Shown: piece after piece, positions 60,484 to 64,000 of the stretch
Numbering within the stretch: the stretch's first letter is position 1
How the letters are laid out: each line of letters starts with the position of its first letter
Origin: Alphaproteobacteria bacterium
GTDB lineage: Bacteria > Pseudomonadota > Alphaproteobacteria > UBA828
Assembly (NCBI GenBank): GCA_965214705.1
Contig: OZ243972.1
Location: 1,632,001-1,696,000 of the forward strand
Direction: 5' to 3'
Length of the DNA: 64,000 nucleotides
Translations under genes and position numbers: made by a program
Notes under the pieces: model-generated
Database searches by the model: none
What the model was told of the DNA's origin: nothing
The model's input: the letters and a program-made list of their open reading frames with translations, nothing else

Positions 60484-60512
60484 CTCAGGCCCTCCCTTCC
60501 GGCGGTTTCCGT

Positions 60513-61502
60513 TCAGGGGTCGAGGCGGACGACACCGTTCTCCACCAGCACGCGGTCATCGAGGCGGACGGTCGGGCAGTAGATGACCATGTCGAGATGG
60601 ACGGGACAGCGCACCGTGCCGCCGTAATAGATATTATCGCCGAAGGCGATGTGGACGTTGCCGCGCGCCTTCTTCTCTTCCTGGAAGCTGCCGTTACGGA
60701 GGCACACGCCGTTGAGGCCGATGCCGAACTCGGCGATGTTGTCGGCATCGGGCACCGTCTCCAGTATGTGGCGCAGATGCGCAGCCTCGGGCCCCTCGCC
60801 GCTCACGCTCACGGCCCGACCGCCCCGCACCTCAACCCGAATCGGGGTTGCGGGCCGGGCGATGCCGGTGCCCGGCCCGTCAATCACGATTACGCCCTCG
60901 GCCTCGCCCTCCAGCGGGCGAGAGGAGACCTCGCCGTCGGAGAAGGCGGCGTTCTTCCCCGGCGCGGTCGCGTAGCCGCACTCTACGACTACGGTGTCGG
61001 AGCCGATGGGCGCGGCGATATCGGTACCGGCTTCCGTCGTGATGCGCATGGTATGCCCGGCGGCCCAGAGTGCCGCCAGCGCCTGTCCTTCGGCGTAGAG
61101 CGCTCGGTAGTCGGCCAGCGCGCCGCCGCCGGTGAAGTTCGAGAGCTCGCGCATGACCATGGACATGGTGCGGATGCGCTTCTCCGTCAGCAGCTCCTTG
61201 ACGCGGGCGGCATAGGCCGGCGCGCCGCCGGAGCCGGTCAGGCTGATCAGCACGTCGGTCTTCTCGAACGCGGCCTCGACCATCGGGCTCAGCTGGTTCT
61301 TTCGCTCCGGCGGGCGCGAAGGCTGATGGAGGATGGCCCACTCCGCGTCGGCCGAGGCCGCGACGTTGGCAAGCGCTCGGACCATCTCCATCGCGCTGTG
61401 ATCGTCGACGACGATTGCCACGGTCTCGCCGGGCCTAATGGCGAGCAGCTCGCGCCCGACGAGGCGGGCGCTCTCGGCCACGTCGATGGTCGCCGGCGCC
61501 AT
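60513..61502 (-). CDS. Aminopeptidase T-like (M29-related) metalloprotein
   Basis: DGEV..P, IAEFGIG.N, EEKK..G.VH.AFG, VHLD. Confidence 0.7.
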   Translation of the reverse strand: MAPATIDVAESARLVGRELLAIRPGETVAIVVDDHSAMEMVRALANVAASADAEWAILHQPSRPPERKNQLSPMVEAAFEKTDVLISLTGSGGAPAYAARVKELLTEKRIRTMSMVMRELSNFTGGGALADYRALYAEGQALAALWAAGHTMRITTEAGTDIAAPIGSDTVVVECGYATAPGKNAAFSDGEVSSRPLEGEAEGVIVIDGPGTGIARPATPIRVEVRGGRAVSVSGEGPEAAHLRHILETVPDADNIAEFGIGLNGVCLRNGSFQEEKKARGNVHIAFGDNIYYGGTVRCPVHLDMVIYCPTVRLDDRVLVENGVVRLDP

Positions 61503-62282
61503 GAACCTTCTCTCTTGCCCCTACCCGCCATTTCGGAGGGCATTAGTCGATTTGACTCGAGATTTCTGTTGCCTAGGCTGCACAAAGTGGCACGAGGCAC
61601 AACACTTGTCCGTCGCACCGGCGGAAGAAATAAACCATATGTTGAAATGCTCGGAGCATCCCACCTCGCGGACATTTGGGCGGTCCCGGCTACATCATCC
61701 GCGCTGGACCACAGGATAGACCGAAAGCCCAAAATCAGAATCTCTGCCTGTCAGGTTGAGGTTCCCTCAACCACCACCGCCGCAGAGTGGGACGGGCATC
61801 TGGATCGCGTAGCCGCGAAGATTCGGATGTACCTGGAGCGCGAGCACCACGAGAGCGACGACCACGTGGCGCTTGCCGTTGCGGTTTTGCAGCAGGCGGG
61901 GCGATGGACGCGGTCTTCAGACCCTTTGTCGCTGCTCACTCCGATATGGATGATGATCCAAGCCCCAGCCCGTACGTAACCGTTCGCTCAAACCATGGAG
62001 AACCGGATTGGGAGAGACAAGAAACAGCCGCGATTTCAGCGAACCAAGCGGCTGCGCGCGCCTACGTCACTCGTCGACGGGTCGGGTCCACGGTCTGAGC
62101 AAACGGTTACGCCCGTACCGGCTTGGCCGAACCTTTACCTCCCTGCGTCGACCAGAGTACGCATCAGATCGAAATGAATCGGTACCTATTTGGTATCTGG
62201 AGATTGAGGCTGAAGCCAAATATGGAAAGAGGGTGATACATAACATGCTGCCAAATAACGATTAATCGGATCAGCCTATAGT

Positions 62283-64000
62283 GTGTGCTGGGCAGCGCCC
62301 AGATCAGGTGGGTTCAAGTCCCACTGGCGCTCGGGTAAGGGGCGCCATATCCAAAAGTGGGGGTAATTCCTCACTGGCCGGAGTGAGCCGATAAGCGAAA
62401 CTCTAAACGGGCACGAAGCCGGAAACGGCGGAGACAGCCAAGGGAGGAGCTAAGTTGGTCCACTGTCGAAAGACAACCGGAAGGCAGGGTGTCCACCGCG
62501 AGGTGGAATCTGAAGGGCTTGCGGAGAAGTACCGGGCCGTAATCGAGGGGGCCACCCCATGATGAATCGGTCGGCCAAAGACGGGGCAAGGTCGAGCCGG
62601 CACTATGGCGGCGAAGGCGTTCTTACCCACCCGTCGCACCAAGGTGTTTGCGAGCGGCACGGTACGGAAGATCTGGACGTGACCCCAGGAGGGCTCGCCG
62701 CGTTCCCGGGTGGCACCGGGATAACGGACCCTATAAGCCGAAAGGCGAAATGGGAAAGGATGCGCGGCGAGCAATCGGACAACCGAATAGTACCTGAAGC
62801 CCGGCGAAAGCCGGGTGACCGCGCGAGCGGCGGCCGTGTGGGCCGGGGAAGGCGGTTGGCAGAGGTGGTCGGCGAGAGACAGCGATGAGTGAGTAAGGAC
62901 CATGACGCGGACAAGTTCCTTGAGCGAAAGACCCGGACATCATGGCCCGAGGAGACTCATCGACTGGATCAACCCGGCGGGTGACAGGAAGGTCCACTCA
63001 CTGGTGGACAAGGTGTACAAGCGGAAGAACCTTGAGGTGGCCTGGGAAAAGGTGAAGCGCAACCGGGGTGCCGGTGGCGTGGACGGAGAGGATTTAGCGG
63101 CGTTCGAGGCATCGCTGGATGCAAATCTCGATCGCCTGCACCGGGAGTTGCGGGACGGTGAGTATCACCCGCAGCCGGTTCTCCAATGCCTGATCCCCAA
63201 GGCGGGCCAGCCGGGGAAGTTCCGCCCGCTCGGCATCCCGACAATCTACGACCGGGTGTGCCAGCAGGCGCTGCTGAACCGGCTGGAACCGATCTTCGAG
63301 CCGGTGTTCGACGATGCCAACTACGGGTACCGGCAAGGAAGGTCTGCCCATGGAGCGTTACGCAAGATATGGAGGGAACTGGACGAGGGCAACGAGTGGG
63401 TTCTCGATGCGGATTTGAAAGACTTTTTCGGGTCCGTGGACCACGAAAAGCTCCTCGAACTCGTCAACCAGCGAGTCTCGGATGGCCGGGTATTAGGTCT
63501 GCTCAGGCAGATGCTCACGGCCGGGGTGGTGGCCGACGGTAAGAGGCTGCCGACCGAACAGGGCACTCCGCAGGGCGGCATCGTTTCACCGCTGCTCAGC
63601 AATATCTTGCTGACCCCGTTCGATTGGGAAATGCGTCGTCGCGGCTATCGACTAACGCGATACGCCGATGATTGGCTGATCACGTGCCGCACACGCGGGG
63701 AAGCCCGCGCAGCACTGGAGACGGCCAGGCGGATTCTGGCAAAGCTGGGTGTGTCCCTCAACGCCGGGAAGACCCGCATTGTCCATGTCAGGCACGGGTT
63801 TGAGTTCCTCGGCTACAAGATCAAGCAGGGCGAGCGGCCTCTCCGGCTGTCGTCCTCCAAGATCAAGAGCGGGGTTCGCGGGGGAGCGCGCTACGCGGTT
63901 CCGCGTGAGAAATCCATCCGGCACTTCAAGGACCAGATTCGCCAGCGTACCCGGCGCAAGGCTCCTGTCAGCACGCAGGAGCTGATTGACGAGATCAACC
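62283..64000 (+). mobile_element. Group II intron, 5' part (runs off window end)
   Basis: GTGTG 5' end (62281 or 62283), about 620 nt hairpin-rich leader, then an RT ORF. Confidence 0.88.
62902..64000 (+). CDS. ltrA: Group II intron reverse transcriptase/maturase (partial; not in the ORF track)
   Basis: GAGGVDG, RPLGIPT..DR, GTPQGG..SPLLSN, YADD at 63661, FLGY. Confidence 0.95.
   Translation, partial: MTRTSSLSERPGHHGPRRLIDWINPAGDRKVHSLVDKVYKRKNLEVAWEKVKRNRGAGGVDGEDLAAFEASLDANLDRLHRELRDGEYHPQPVLQCLIPKAGQPGKFRPLGIPTIYDRVCQQALLNRLEPIFEPVFDDANYGYRQGRSAHGALRKIWRELDEGNEWVLDADLKDFFGSVDHEKLLELVNQRVSDGRVLGLLRQMLTAGVVADGKRLPTEQGTPQGGIVSPLLSNILLTPFDWEMRRRGYRLTRYADDWLITCRTRGEARAALETARRILAKLGVSLNAGKTRIVHVRHGFEFLGYKIKQGERPLRLSSSKIKSGVRGGARYAVPREKSIRHFKDQIRQRTRRKAPVSTQELIDEIN

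Noticed and set aside
62305-62330. tRNA suggested by GGTTCAAGTCCC
   Set aside because: No cloverleaf or acceptor stem; it lies in the group II intron 5' region.
62902-64000. Retron, DGR or defence RT
   Set aside because: Motifs and the GTGTG-led structured leader fit a group II intron RT; no template/variable repeat pair was seen.

Overview
GC-rich, probably alphaproteobacterial accessory region (taxon inferred from gene content). 0.6-21 kb is a minus-strand MPF-I-like conjugation operon: FseA-like activator, tandem RdfS-like HTH, type IVb pilus genes (pilN/O/P/Q/R/S, two pilV-like, prepilin peptidase-TcpQ fusion) and dotD/C/B. Two IS1634 elements break it (pilR, dotB), and it carries many copies of one 15-bp palindrome. 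22-41 kb is mixed cargo: hybrid kinase-regulator, FNT channel, pseudogenes (AAA kinase, IS1380, relaxase, sigma70), a HEPN plus PD-(D/E)XK gene pair and an orphan aapJ. It also holds a tyrosine-recombinase/IS91 element that splits a lipoprotein gene and is itself interrupted by an IS1111-type IS110 with readable candidate bridge-RNA guides. 41.7-56 kb is an intact low-oxygen respiration block (napEFDABC, usp, ccoNOQPGHIS) with three FNR-type boxes. After it come an intact inverted copy of the IS91 element, dihydropyrimidinase and peptidase genes, and a group II intron running off the end. All calls come from reading motifs by eye; no searches were run.
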